From: Oscillospiraceae bacterium
GTDB taxonomy: Bacteria > Bacillota > Clostridia > Oscillospirales > Acutalibacteraceae
NCBI GenBank assembly: GCA_902782805.1
Contig: CACZON010000004.1
Location: 1-29,275 of the forward strand
Length of the DNA stretch: 29,275 nucleotides
Direction of reading: 5' to 3'
The stretch's first letter is position 1. The number at the start of each line of letters is the position of its first letter. The translations under genes were made by a program, and so were the position numbers. The notes beneath the pieces were generated by a model that was not told where the DNA came from, did not search any database, and was given only the letters and a program-made list of their open reading frames with translations. Positions 1 through 9,257 of the stretch are shown piece by piece.

Positions 1-1898
1 ATATAGGTCGATTTTCCGGCCATATTCGGCCCGGTGATGATCGCGATCCGGTTCTCGCTGTTGTCGAGCAGAACGTCGTTCGGAACGAACAGCGAATCGT
101 GCAGCAGAAGCTCCACGACCGGATGGCGGCTTTCCCGAAGGACGATTTTTCCGGAAAGATCCATCTGCGGGCGAACGTAGCGGTTTGAAACGGCAACGCT
201 CGCAAGCGAAACGAGCACGTCGAGCATTGCAACGGCTCCCGCCGTTTTGGTCACGCGCTGCATTTCGGCGGAAACGCTCTTGCGCACCCCGTCGAACAGC
301 TCGAGCTCCAGGCGCAGAGCCTGGTCACCCGAACCGAGGATCCGGTTTTCAAGCTCTTTGAGTTCCGGGGTAATATACCGTTCGCAGTTGACAAGCGTCT
401 GCTTTCGGATATAGTCCTCGGGCACCTGGGATTTATAGGAATTGGAAACTTCTATGTAGTAACCGAAAACCCGGTTGTAGCCGATTTTCAGCTTCGGGAT
501 TTTCGTCCGGTCTTTCTCAAAGGATTCCATCGCGGCGATCAGCTCCTGGGAGTTGGTCATATCGCCTTTGAGCCGGTCGAATTCCTCATTGTAACCTTTT
601 TTGATCATGCCGCCTTCCCGGATGATAAAGGGCGGATCCTCAACGATCGCGCGGTCGATCAGGTCGGTGAGATCGGAAAGCTCGTCGATCGAATCGCGCA
701 GCGAACAGAGCAGCGAGGATTTCACCCCGGTAAGGCAGGCTTTGAGCGCCGGAAGGCGGCGCGTTGTATCCGCAAGCGATCTCAGCTCGCGCGCGTTGGC
801 GCTGCCGTAGACGACGCGGGTGATGATCCGCTCGAGATCGAAGATCCCGCCGAGCGATTCAAAGAGCCGATCCCGCAGGATCGTATCGGAATAGAGCTCG
901 TCCACCGCGTTGTGGCGGCGGCTGATCTGAGAAAGATTCAGAAGCGGCTGTTCGATGCAGGTGCGCAGCAGGCGTTTGCCCATTGCGGTGCGCGTCTGAT
1001 CGAGCACCCATAAAAGCGAACCGCGCTTTTCTCTTCCGCGCATCGTCTCCGTCAGTTCGAGGTTGCGGCGCGTATTCATATCAAGCCGCATAAACTGCGA
1101 ATCCTCGTACAGCTCGATCGAAGAGAGCCGCTCGAGGCCGCTACGCTGCGTTTCCGAAAGATAGCGCAGCAGCGCGCCCGCCGCGCAGACGAGTTCTTCG
1201 TTTTCCTCAGCGGACAGCGCGGGCGTTTTGAACTGGCGCAGCACGCGGTCGATGCAGTTTTCGTAAGCGAACGCGTCCTCCGGAAGCTCCTCGAAGGCCG
1301 CCGAAAGCTTTTCGCGGATAAACTTCGGGAGATTCAGGAACGAGGAAACCTCGCCGTTGGCGATGATCTCCTTCGGCGAAAAACGCGAAAGCTCGTTTTC
1401 AAGATCTTTTTCAAGCTCGTTGAGGTTCTGGGAAAGCAGCTTTGTGGCGTAGACCGAGCCGGTCGAAATATCGGCAAAGCAGACGCCGCAGCGGTTCTCG
1501 CAGATATAAAGCGCGCAGAGGTAGTTGTTTTTTCCCTCCTCGAGCATATTGTTCTCGAGGACGGTCCCCGGCGTGATCACGCGAATAATTTCGCGCTTGA
1601 CGATCCCCTTTGCGAGGGCCGGGTCCTCCATCTGCTCGCAGATCGCTACCTTGTAGCCTTTCTGGACCAGCTTGGCGACGTAGCCTTCGTAGCTGTGGAA
1701 CGGAACGCCGCACATCGGCGCGCGCTCCTCGAGCCCGCAGTCGCGCCCGGTCAGGGTCAGTTCCAGCTCCTTCGAGGCCGTTTTCGCGTCGTCGAAAAAC
1801 ATCTCGTAGAAATCGCCCAAGCGGAAAAAGAGGAGCGTGTCCGGATATTGTTCTTTGATCGCGAGGTACTGTTTCATCATCGGAGAAAGATCCGCCAT
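1..1898 (-). CDS. mutS: DNA mismatch repair protein MutS (5' part; runs off the left edge)
   Basis: Not in the ORF track (no stop in window). Manual translation from ATG at 1898: MADLSPMMKQYLAIKEQYPDTLLFFRLGDFYEMFFDDAKTASKELELTLTGRDCGLEERAPMCGVPFH, the MutS domain I signature (F-R-L-G-D-F-Y-E). G-rich RBS upstream. Confidence 0.97.
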   Translation of the reverse strand, partial: MADLSPMMKQYLAIKEQYPDTLLFFRLGDFYEMFFDDAKTASKELELTLTGRDCGLEERAPMCGVPFHSYEGYVAKLVQKGYKVAICEQMEDPALAKGIVKREIIRVITPGTVLENNMLEEGKNNYLCALYICENRCGVCFADISTGSVYATKLLSQNLNELEKDLENELSRFSPKEIIANGEVSSFLNLPKFIREKLSAAFEELPEDAFAYENCIDRVLRQFKTPALSAEENEELVCAAGALLRYLSETQRSGLERLSSIELYEDSQFMRLDMNTRRNLELTETMRGREKRGSLLWVLDQTRTAMGKRLLRTCIEQPLLNLSQISRRHNAVDELYSDTILRDRLFESLGGIFDLERIITRVVYGSANARELRSLADTTRRLPALKACLTGVKSSLLCSLRDSIDELSDLTDLIDRAIVEDPPFIIREGGMIKKGYNEEFDRLKGDMTNSQELIAAMESFEKDRTKIPKLKIGYNRVFGYYIEVSNSYKSQVPEDYIRKQTLVNCERYITPELKELENRILGSGDQALRLELELFDGVRKSVSAEMQRVTKTAGAVAMLDVLVSLASVAVSNRYVRPQMDLSGKIVLRESRHPVVELLLHDSLFVPNDVLLDNSENRIAIITGPNMAGKSTY

Positions 1899-1970
1899 CC
1901 GGCCTTCCCCCCTTTCGTTCTCAGTAAAATCAAATCAAAGCGCAAAAAAGCAAACCGTCGTTCCGAAGAT

Positions 1971-2384
1971 TCAGGAACAGCCGCCGCAGGTCGCGCAGTT
2001 GCCCGTGCAGTTCTCTTCGTCCGGATTGTAATCGGCTGTTTCGGGATCGGCGCCCTGCGAGCAGGCGACGAGGATCCGCTGAACACGGGTCAGAAGCGCG
2101 TTGAAAGTTTCCTGCGCCGTCTGATACGCCTTCATCTTTTCGTTCTGCATCACCTCGACATACGCTTCGCGCATCTCTGCGTTGAGCTGTTTGAGGCGTT
2201 CGGGATCGCGATCCTCGCGTTTCGTTTCGTTGTTGACGGCGATGCGCTTGAGGTTGAATTTACCGATCAGTCCCTGCAGCTCCATGTCTTCGTCCGCAAC
2301 CTGTGTAGCCACCTGGAGCGCAACGTAGGATTCTTCCTGCTGGAGCGCTTTCCCGAGTTCTCTCGTAAGTTCGATGATATCCAT
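1971..2384 (-). CDS. YlbF/YmcA (RicA/RicF-like) family regulator with Cys-rich C-terminal tail
   Basis: Start moved to MDIIELTRELGKALQ (ATG 2384, RBS AAAAGGAG). Helical YlbF-type sequence; position between miaB and mutS mirrors B. subtilis ymcB-ymcA...mutS. Ends CTGNCATCGGCS. Confidence 0.85.
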   Translation of the reverse strand: MDIIELTRELGKALQQEESYVALQVATQVADEDMELQGLIGKFNLKRIAVNNETKREDRDPERLKQLNAEMREAYVEVMQNEKMKAYQTAQETFNALLTRVQRILVACSQGADPETADYNPDEENCTGNCATCGGCS

Positions 2385-2397
2385 TTCATTTCTCCTT

Positions 2398-3816
2398 TTA
2401 TACAAGTTTTCCTTTTAAGATATAATTTCCCGCTTCGGTGATTTCAATCTCACAAAAGCTTCCGACGAGGGTTTCGTCCCCCATAAATTCAACGATCACG
2501 TTGCCGCCGGTCCGCCCGGAAAGGCTTCCCTTCGGCGTCTTTTCCTCAACGAGGACCCGCTCGCGTCTTCCGATCATCGCGCCGCAGCGCTTCGCGGCGA
2601 TCTCCTCCTGCAATGCAAGCAGCCGGGCCATTCGTTCGGATTTCTCCTCATGAGTAACAGGATCCGGCATTTTTGCGGCCTTCGTCCCCACCCGAGGCGA
2701 ATAAATGAAAGTATAGAGCGATGTAAACTCCACCTCACGGATCAGGGAGAGTGTATCTTCGAATTCCTCCTCCGTCTCTCCGGGGAAACCGACGATGACG
2801 TCCGAAGTCAGGGAGATATCCGGGATCTTCTCCTTGATATAGGCAACGAGCGAAAGATATTTTTCGCGGTCGTAAACGCGGTTCATCTCTTTGAGGATCC
2901 GGTCGTTCCCCGATTGGAACGGGAGATGGATATGATGGCAGATATGCTTCGACTGCGCGATCGTATCGATCAGCTCGCGGGAGGCGTCCTTCGGATGCGA
3001 AGTCATAAACCGCAGGCGAAAATCGCCCTCGTGGCGATCGAGCCGCAGCAGCAGCTCGGCAAAACTCACGGGCTTTGGAAGATTTTTTCCGTAGGAGTTA
3101 ACATTCTGCCCGAGGAGCGTAATATCCTTGTAGCCCGCCGCGAGGATCTCGCAGAATTCCGCTTCGATCGCCTCCGGTGTGCGGCTGCGTTCCCGACCGC
3201 GAACGTATGGAACGACGCAGTAGGAGCAGAAATTGTTGCAGCCGTACATCACGGTCAGCCAGGCTTTCAGGTTCCCGTCACGCACGAGCGGCAGACCTTC
3301 CAAAATCTCGGAATCCTCTTTTTCGTTGCCGCGCAGGATCACCCTGCGGCTGTTTAAAAGCAGATCGCTCATCATCTGCGGGAGCAGATGGATCGCGTGG
3401 GTTCCGAAAATCAGATCGACGTAGGGAAACGACTTTTTCATCCGCTCGGCGGCGTGCTCCTGCTCCATCATGCAGCCGCAGACCGCGATCGTCACGCCGG
3501 GCCAGCGCCGCTTGATGTTTTTGAGCGCACCGACGTTTCCCCAGATGCGGTCCTCGGCGTGTTCGCGGACCGCGCAGGTATTATATAAGATAAAATCCGC
3601 TTCCTCGGCGTTTTGAGTAAAGGAAAAGCCCATCTCGGCAAGCTGGCCTTTGATCTTTTCCCCATCCGCTACGTTTTGCTGACAGCCGTAGGTACGAACG
3701 AAAGCAAGCGGCCGGCTGCCGCGTGCGCGCACGCGCATGATCTCGCGCACCGCTTTGATGCAGCCTTCCCGATCCTGCGCCGGATAGAGGCTCGGCTCGT
3801 TTGTGTTTTTGACCAT
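2398..3816 (-). CDS. miaB: tRNA-2-methylthio-N6-dimethylallyladenosine synthase MiaB (radical SAM methylthiotransferase)
   Basis: UPF0004 motifs TYGCQQN, NTCAVRE, AVCGCM; radical SAM GCNNFCSYCVVPYVRGRERSR; HLPFQSG; DVIVGFPGET; C-terminal TRAM-like region. Confidence 0.96.
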   Translation of the reverse strand: MVKNTNEPSLYPAQDREGCIKAVREIMRVRARGSRPLAFVRTYGCQQNVADGEKIKGQLAEMGFSFTQNAEEADFILYNTCAVREHAEDRIWGNVGALKNIKRRWPGVTIAVCGCMMEQEHAAERMKKSFPYVDLIFGTHAIHLLPQMMSDLLLNSRRVILRGNEKEDSEILEGLPLVRDGNLKAWLTVMYGCNNFCSYCVVPYVRGRERSRTPEAIEAEFCEILAAGYKDITLLGQNVNSYGKNLPKPVSFAELLLRLDRHEGDFRLRFMTSHPKDASRELIDTIAQSKHICHHIHLPFQSGNDRILKEMNRVYDREKYLSLVAYIKEKIPDISLTSDVIVGFPGETEEEFEDTLSLIREVEFTSLYTFIYSPRVGTKAAKMPDPVTHEEKSERMARLLALQEEIAAKRCGAMIGRRERVLVEEKTPKGSLSGRTGGNVIVEFMGDETLVGSFCEIEITEAGNYILKGKLV

Positions 3817-3864
3817 GAAAGACTCCCGTTTTGGTCTGTTTCTGAGAAGACCATATTCGGATAT

Positions 3865-3893
3865 ATTATATCACGCATTCTCGTTTTCTTCAA
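3865..3893 (-). promoter_or_regulatory. sigma-A-type promoter for miaB-ylbF-mutS
   Basis: Minus strand TTGAAG-17 nt-TATAAT with extended -10 TG (TGaTATAAT), about 50 nt upstream of the miaB ATG. Confidence 0.75.
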
Positions 3894-3942
3894 GTAAAAA
3901 AACAGGCAGCGCTAAGTGCGGAATCAAGCGTTCCGGTTCCGT

Positions 3943-3980
3943 AAAAAACGCCCTGCGGGCAAAAACTCCGCAGGGTGTTT
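3943..3980 (-). terminator. Rho-independent terminator after the GNAT gene
   Basis: Minus strand AAACACCCTGCGG-loop-CCGCAGGGCGTTTTTT. Confidence 0.8.
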
Positions 3981-3997
3981 CAGATGATTGCGACGAT

Positions 3998-4480
3998 TTA
4001 TTTCCAAAAAAGATACTGATAGAATCTCGAGGCTCTCCCGTCCTCCGTGAATTCCTCTTCCAAAGAGAATCCGGCCTTTTCAAGCACCCGGATCGAAGCG
4101 ATATTGTCGGCATACGTAAACGCGCCCACCGTCTTGAGGCCGTATTTCTCACACGCTTGCCGAAGAAAAAGCCTTACCGACTCCGTCGCGACGCCTTTGT
4201 TCCAGTACGATTCCTCGAAGACGCAGTAGCTGAGCATCGCGTTCGGCGTATCGTTCGGATCCATCCCGTAGCACCAGATATCGCCGATGTATACGCCGTC
4301 GGCCAAAATGATCCTGCCGCAGCTCGAAGCGCCGGGCAGCAGCGTCGCCTCATAATCCTGCAGCGCCTCCTCAACGGTCTTCGCTTTCTGCGGAAGGACC
4401 GCTTTGATCTTCGGATTCTGAACTTTTTCAAAATAGATGCGGACGGACTGAGCCGTCCTTTCACCCAGGCGAATTTCCAT
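3998..4480 (-). CDS. GNAT family N-acetyltransferase (RimJ/RimL-like)
   Basis: Motif A SYWNKGVATESV and motif B NIASIRVLEKAGF; 160 aa. Confidence 0.88.
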   Translation of the reverse strand: MEIRLGERTAQSVRIYFEKVQNPKIKAVLPQKAKTVEEALQDYEATLLPGASSCGRIILADGVYIGDIWCYGMDPNDTPNAMLSYCVFEESYWNKGVATESVRLFLRQACEKYGLKTVGAFTYADNIASIRVLEKAGFSLEEEFTEDGRASRFYQYLFWK

Positions 4481-4497
4481 TTTTTCACCAACCGATC

Positions 4498-4546
4498 AAA
4501 AAAACAGATTGCGGCGTTCCGTTTTCAAAGCGCTGCAATCCGTTTT
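4498..4546 (-). terminator. Rho-independent terminator between the 107-aa hypothetical and the GNAT
   Basis: Minus strand CGGATTGCAGCG-loop-CGCCGCAATCTG followed by a 7-T run. Confidence 0.65.
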
Positions 4547-4549
4547 CAT

Positions 4550-4873
4550 TCAGCTCAAAAGCCCGCCCGAAATGCCGACCGCTTCGTAGTAGCCCGCTTC
4601 GCAGAGAAGCGAAAAGCAGAAATTGACCTCGTCGTCGGTAAAAAGCGGGGCGAATTCCTTTGAAACGATCGCCGCTTCCGGCGAAAGCTCCAGTCTTCCC
4701 GCCTTCCGGAGCCCTTCGAAGGCTTCGGAGGGAAGGCCGCGCCGGATCAGGTTCCGGCAGACCCTGACCGCGCCGAATCGCGCGAGATCTGCTTTGAACT
4801 TAACCTGCCGGATCCCGAGCTTTTCCGCAGCTTCCGCGTTTTTATAAAGCAGTTTCAAGAGTTTTTCTTCCAT
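4550..4873 (-). CDS. Small helical hypothetical protein (107 aa)
   Basis: Only the C-terminal half of the 217-aa track ORF looks protein-like (MEEKLLKLLYKNAE...GRLELSPEAAIVSKEFAPLFTDDEV...GYY). ATG at 4873 is 5 nt after the mreB stop; the upstream part of the track ORF is an alternative frame of mreB. Confidence 0.7.
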   Translation of the reverse strand: MEEKLLKLLYKNAEAAEKLGIRQVKFKADLARFGAVRVCRNLIRRGLPSEAFEGLRKAGRLELSPEAAIVSKEFAPLFTDDEVNFCFSLLCEAGYYEAVGISGGLLS

Positions 4874-4878
4874 ACGAT

Positions 4879-5904
4879 TTAATAGGCATCCCGCAGCGGG
4901 TTGAGTGAACCGAGGTCTCCTTTTTCGACCGCGTCGAGGAACCGAAGCGCTCTGCCCGCGCCGCGAACGACGCAGGTGCCCGGATCTTCCGCAACGTAAA
5001 CGGGGACCTTTACCTTTTTTTCCATCAGAATATCGAGCCCGTAGATATTCGCCGAGCCGCCGGTGAGGATGATACCGTCCTGATAGATATCGCCGACAAT
5101 CTCGGGCGGGGTCATCTCGAGGACCGACTGGACAGACTTGATGATCTTCATCGCAACGGGGATCATCGCGGCGAGCATCTCGTCGCAGTTGATTTCCGCC
5201 CACTGCGGCAGGCCGGTCATCGTATTGCGGCCTTTGATATAATCGGTCACAAATTCCGTTCTCGGATAAGCGCAGCCGATTGACATCTTTACTTCTTCGG
5301 CAGTCTTTTTCCCGATGATGAGGTTGTATTTTCTGCGGACGTAGCGGATGATCGCGTCGTCGAACGCGTCGCCGGCATCGGGCGTCGAATTCGAAACGGC
5401 GATATCACAGAGCGACAGCGCGCCGATATTCGTTGTGCCGCAGCCGATATCGACAACAAGACAGCCGTGCGGGATCGTCAGGTCGACCCCGGCGCCCATC
5501 GCGGCGGCGACCGGCTCTTCGATCAGGCAGATTTTCCGCACGCCGCAGCTGTTGATCGCATCGACCACCGCTCGTTTTTCAACCTCGGTCACCCCGCAGG
5601 GAACGCTGACAACGACCCGCGGCATAAACACCTTGTTGATATTGAGCTGTTTTAAATAATGCATCAAAATGACCTGCGCCATCCCGAAATGAGAGACGAC
5701 GCCGTTGGAAAGCGGACGCACCGCTTCGAGCGTTTCCGGCGTTTTTCCGATCATTGCCGAGGCTTCGTGGCCGATTGCCACGATTTCTTCCGTATTGACG
5801 TTATAGACGACGATCGCAGGCTCGTTGACAACGACGCCTTTTCCGTCGACGTAGATCTTGATCATCGCGGTTCCCATATCGATCGCAATATCGGATCCCA
5901 GCAT
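4879..5904 (-). CDS. mreB: Rod shape-determining protein, MreB/Mbl family (divergent paralogue)
   Basis: IAIDMGTA phosphate-1, VVNEPAIV, VPCGVTEVEKRAV, LIEEPVAAAMGAG, VVDIGCGTT phosphate-2, LTGGSA adenosine motif. Confidence 0.9.
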   Translation of the reverse strand: MLGSDIAIDMGTAMIKIYVDGKGVVVNEPAIVVYNVNTEEIVAIGHEASAMIGKTPETLEAVRPLSNGVVSHFGMAQVILMHYLKQLNINKVFMPRVVVSVPCGVTEVEKRAVVDAINSCGVRKICLIEEPVAAAMGAGVDLTIPHGCLVVDIGCGTTNIGALSLCDIAVSNSTPDAGDAFDDAIIRYVRRKYNLIIGKKTAEEVKMSIGCAYPRTEFVTDYIKGRNTMTGLPQWAEINCDEMLAAMIPVAMKIIKSVQSVLEMTPPEIVGDIYQDGIILTGGSANIYGLDILMEKKVKVPVYVAEDPGTCVVRGAGRALRFLDAVEKGDLGSLNPLRDAY

Positions 5905-5938
5905 TTTATCGCCTCGTTTCTATCGTGGATTCATAGTA

Positions 5939-5967
5939 AGTATACTGAAAAATATGCGTTTTTACAA
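5939..5967 (-). promoter_or_regulatory. sigma-A-type promoter for the mreB paralogue
   Basis: Minus strand TTGTAA-17 nt-TATACT in the AT-rich comF/mreB gap. Confidence 0.65.
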
Positions 5968-5988
5968 GTATTTTCCAAAATTTTGCCG

Positions 5989-6642
5989 TTATGCCTTCGC
6001 CGCCGCAACGCAGATCACTTCTTTCGCGCCGGCTTTATAGAGCTCATTGGCGCAGGAAAGCATCGTAGCGCCGGTCGTGATCACGTCGTCGACCAGAAGG
6101 ATTTTCTTTCCGGCAATCTGCGCTCTTTTGGCGGGCGCATAAACCCCGCGGACGTTTTCGATCCGCTTTTGCGGCGTCGTCAGGTTGTGCTGCGGCTGGT
6201 TCTCCTTCGTTTTTTGCAGCAGCTTCTCGCATGGCCTGCCGAATTGTTTCGCCACCTTGCGCGCAATCTCCTCGGCCTGATTGTATCCGCGGTCCGCCAA
6301 AGCGCGCCGCGTCATCGGAACGTAGGTTACGCTGTCAAACTCCGTCATCCCGTGGTTTCTCATCGTTTGAACAAGCTTCTCCGCAAAGTAGAGCGCAAGA
6401 TGCTGTTTTCCCCGGAATTTCATCCGCCCGATCGCTTCGCGCACCGCATCCCGGTACAGATACGCCGCGGCGCTTTCGATCGCGCGTTTTCTCTGCCGCA
6501 GCTGCAAATAGAAATGCGGCTCCGCCAGCGGATTTTTCGCCGCGCATTCCTCGCATAGCGTATTTTCGCTGCGGACGATCTTTCTGCAGAACGGACATCT
6601 CGGCGGATAGATCCATCTCAGCAGTCCGGCGCCAATCTTCAT
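5989..6642 (-). CDS. comF: ComF family protein (Zn ribbon + phosphoribosyltransferase domain)
   Basis: N-terminal CPFC...CEEC; RGYNQAE; ILLVDDVITTGAT PRPP-binding loop; ATGA overlap with the recD2 stop. Confidence 0.92.
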   Translation of the reverse strand: MKIGAGLLRWIYPPRCPFCRKIVRSENTLCEECAAKNPLAEPHFYLQLRQRKRAIESAAAYLYRDAVREAIGRMKFRGKQHLALYFAEKLVQTMRNHGMTEFDSVTYVPMTRRALADRGYNQAEEIARKVAKQFGRPCEKLLQKTKENQPQHNLTTPQKRIENVRGVYAPAKRAQIAGKKILLVDDVITTGATMLSCANELYKAGAKEVICVAAAKA

Positions 6643-8834
6643 TCCTCTGCCTCCAGAAGCCGCCCAAGGCCCGAAAACCGCCGCGTTTTGCGGTCGTTCT
6701 CTATCATCCTGCGCAGGATCTCTTCCTGTCCCACGATGATCATCAGAGCCTTCGCGCGCGTCACCGCCGTATAAAGCAGATTTCGATATAAAAGCTGCGG
6801 TGCGTATTCATACGCCGGAAGGATCACCGCCTCGAATTCGTTTCCCTGGCTCTTGTGAACCGTCAGCGCGTAGGCCGGCTCAAGCTCCCGCATCTGCTCA
6901 AAATCGTAGGTCGCGGTTTTATCGTCGAACTTCAGGAGCGCTTTGCCTGCCCTGCGGTCAAGTTTCTCGAGCGTTCCGATATCGCCGTTGAAGATTCCCT
7001 CGCCGTGCTCGCCGTTTTCCCTTTCAAACGCCAGCTGGTAGTTATTCTTCGTCTGTATGACTCTGTCCCCTTCCCGAAAGACGATGCTTCCGATTTTCAG
7101 CTCCCGTTTCTCTTCTCCCGCCGGATTCAGCGCGTTCTGCAGCCGGATCGAAAGCTCCGCCGTTCCGAGCGGTCCTTTTCTTCCGGGGCAGAGTACCTGG
7201 ATCTCGTTCATCGCGTTATAGCCGTACGCCTGCGGCAGCCGCGTTTCACAGAGCGAAAGAACCGTTTCCGCAATGTCCTGCGCGTTTTTGCGCGGGAGGA
7301 AGAAAAAGTCGCTGCTTCGGTCCGCAAGATCCGGCATCTCTCCGGATACGATTTTATGAGCGTTCCTTACGATCAGGCTCTTCATGGCCTGCCGGAACAC
7401 TTCACGCAGCGCTACGGTCGGGATCTGCTTCGAGGCGATCAGATCGCCCAGCACGTTTCCCGGCCCTACGCTCGGCAGCTGATCGCTGTCGCCGACCAGG
7501 ATCAGTCTGCACCCGATCGGCAGCGCTTTGAGCAGACTTTCAAACAGGATCATATCTACCATTGATACTTCGTCCACGACCATCGCGTCGCATTCGAGCA
7601 GATTTTTTTCATTTTTGGCAAAGACCGGCTTGTCCTCTTCGTCCCACTGCGCCTGCAGAAGGCGGTGGAGCGTCTTCGCTTCCTCGCCGGTCAGCTCGCT
7701 CATCCGCTTCGCGGCGCGGCCGGTCGGAGCGGCGAGCAGAACCGTTTCGCCCTTCTCCTTAAGGATCCGGATGATTCCCTGGAGCGTCGTCGTTTTTCCG
7801 GTACCGGGGCCTCCGGTCAGGATCAGCAGACCTTCGCCCAGCGCGCGGCGGATTGCTTCCTTCTGGAGCTGTGCGTAAGTGATGCCGCAGCTCTCCTCGA
7901 TCGCGCGGATATAGTTTTCGATCCCGAAAATCGGAGCGGCCGGATAGCGCTTCATAAAGCGGATCCGATCCGCTATGAACTGTTCCGCTTCGAAGTACCG
8001 CTCCAGATAAAGATACTCCGTATGATCAAACGTACGCGCAAAGAGGATGCGCAGCGATTTCATATCGTCGATCGCTTCTTCGATCCGATCGCTTTCAACG
8101 CCGAGAAGCCGGACTGCCGCCTGAACAAGCGGTTCGCGCGGCAGACAGGTATGGCCGTTGCCGAGATTATGGCGCAGGACGTAAAGAATCCCGGCGCGGA
8201 TCCGCCCGAGAAAATCCTGCGGGCGTTCCATCATCTGGGCGATCGAATCCGCGCGGAAGAAATCGATCCCGAGCCCTTCTCCGCAAAGGCAGAAAGGGTT
8301 TTCTTCGATTTTTTCAAGGCAGCTCGCACCGAACGCCTTGTAAATACGGACGGCTTCATTGGGCGAAATTCCGTAGCGCCCGAGGAACAGCAGCATTTCG
8401 CGCATTCCGTTGTCCGCCATGAGCGCTTCGCTCCAGCTCGCCGCCTTTTTCGCGTTCAATCCGCGCAGCGCGGCAACCCGCTCCGGCTCTTTTTCCATCA
8501 CCTCGAGCGTGTTTTCACCGAACGCCTCAACGAGCTTTCGCGCCGTTGAGATCCCAATTCCGCGGATCGCCCCGGCGCACAAATAGCGATAAATCGCCTC
8601 GACCGTCTGCGGGCGGATACGTTCGACTGTTTTCGCCTGGAACTGCATTCCGAAGGAAGGATGATCATACCATTTCCCGAAGGCAATGATCGATTCGCCG
8701 GCTTCGATCGCCGGCATCGTTCCGGTTACGGTATGCAGCTCTCCGTCCGCGCTGATCTCAATAACCGCGTAGCCGTTTTCCGCGTTCTGATAGACGACGC
8801 GTTCAACGATGCCTTCGATTCTCCCTTCCTCCAT
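6639..8834 (-). CDS. recD2: ATP-dependent RecD-like DNA helicase (RecD2)
   Basis: Start moved to MEEGRIEGIVERVVYQNAENGY (RBS AGAAGGG). HhH IRGIGISTA; Walker A GGPGTGKTT; AAPTGRAAK; VVDEVSMVD; GDSDQLPSV; YALTVHKSQGNEF. Confidence 0.95.
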   Translation of the reverse strand: MEEGRIEGIVERVVYQNAENGYAVIEISADGELHTVTGTMPAIEAGESIIAFGKWYDHPSFGMQFQAKTVERIRPQTVEAIYRYLCAGAIRGIGISTARKLVEAFGENTLEVMEKEPERVAALRGLNAKKAASWSEALMADNGMREMLLFLGRYGISPNEAVRIYKAFGASCLEKIEENPFCLCGEGLGIDFFRADSIAQMMERPQDFLGRIRAGILYVLRHNLGNGHTCLPREPLVQAAVRLLGVESDRIEEAIDDMKSLRILFARTFDHTEYLYLERYFEAEQFIADRIRFMKRYPAAPIFGIENYIRAIEESCGITYAQLQKEAIRRALGEGLLILTGGPGTGKTTTLQGIIRILKEKGETVLLAAPTGRAAKRMSELTGEEAKTLHRLLQAQWDEEDKPVFAKNEKNLLECDAMVVDEVSMVDMILFESLLKALPIGCRLILVGDSDQLPSVGPGNVLGDLIASKQIPTVALREVFRQAMKSLIVRNAHKIVSGEMPDLADRSSDFFFLPRKNAQDIAETVLSLCETRLPQAYGYNAMNEIQVLCPGRKGPLGTAELSIRLQNALNPAGEEKRELKIGSIVFREGDRVIQTKNNYQLAFERENGEHGEGIFNGDIGTLEKLDRRAGKALLKFDDKTATYDFEQMRELEPAYALTVHKSQGNEFEAVILPAYEYAPQLLYRNLLYTAVTRAKALMIIVGQEEILRRMIENDRKTRRFSGLGRLLEAEE

Positions 8835-8886
8835 AGTTACCCTTCTTTCGTAATATCCGGCTCTTTTACAGTCCGGCAGGATTTCT

Positions 8887-9255
8887 CTATCTTTCCGGCG
8901 GTGATTCCTGCCGCAGGCCGGCTTCGCCCGATTCAAAATCCGTACTTTCGTTTCGTTTTCTTATTTCCACCGCCGGGCATGACCTCTCGAAAATCCGGCA
9001 GATTTTACGGGTTTCCTCGTCCATTCCCCGGTCGATGCAGACGATCCGCACCCGGGCGCCACCCGCGGCGGAAAGTTTCCTGATCCCTTTGCGCAGAAGA
9101 TATTCCGCGCTTTCTCCGTTATTTCCGATCGGCAGAAAGAGCGTCAGCGCCCTTTCGGTGCACGGTTTTGCAGCGAGCGATACCGCATATCTTACGGCAA
9201 ACGCCGCCGCCAGACAGCAGAGGACCTCTATTCCCCATTTTATCAGATTTTCCAA
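8887..9255 (-). CDS. Hypothetical protein with N-terminal hydrophobic helix (~122 aa)
   Basis: Probable TTG start at 9255 after GGGGGTG; N-terminal hydrophobic segment, then LFLPIGNNGESAEYLLR and IVCIDRGMDEETRKIC; fills the luxS-recD2 gap. Confidence 0.65.
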   Translation of the reverse strand: MENLIKWGIEVLCCLAAAFAVRYAVSLAAKPCTERALTLFLPIGNNGESAEYLLRKGIRKLSAAGGARVRIVCIDRGMDEETRKICRIFERSCPAVEIRKRNESTDFESGEAGLRQESPPER

Positions 9256-9257
9256 AC

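Noticed and set aside
4874-5203. N-terminal half of the 217-aa track ORF (4550-5203)
   Set aside because: Overlaps mreB in another frame with Arg-rich nonsense; the real gene starts at 4873.
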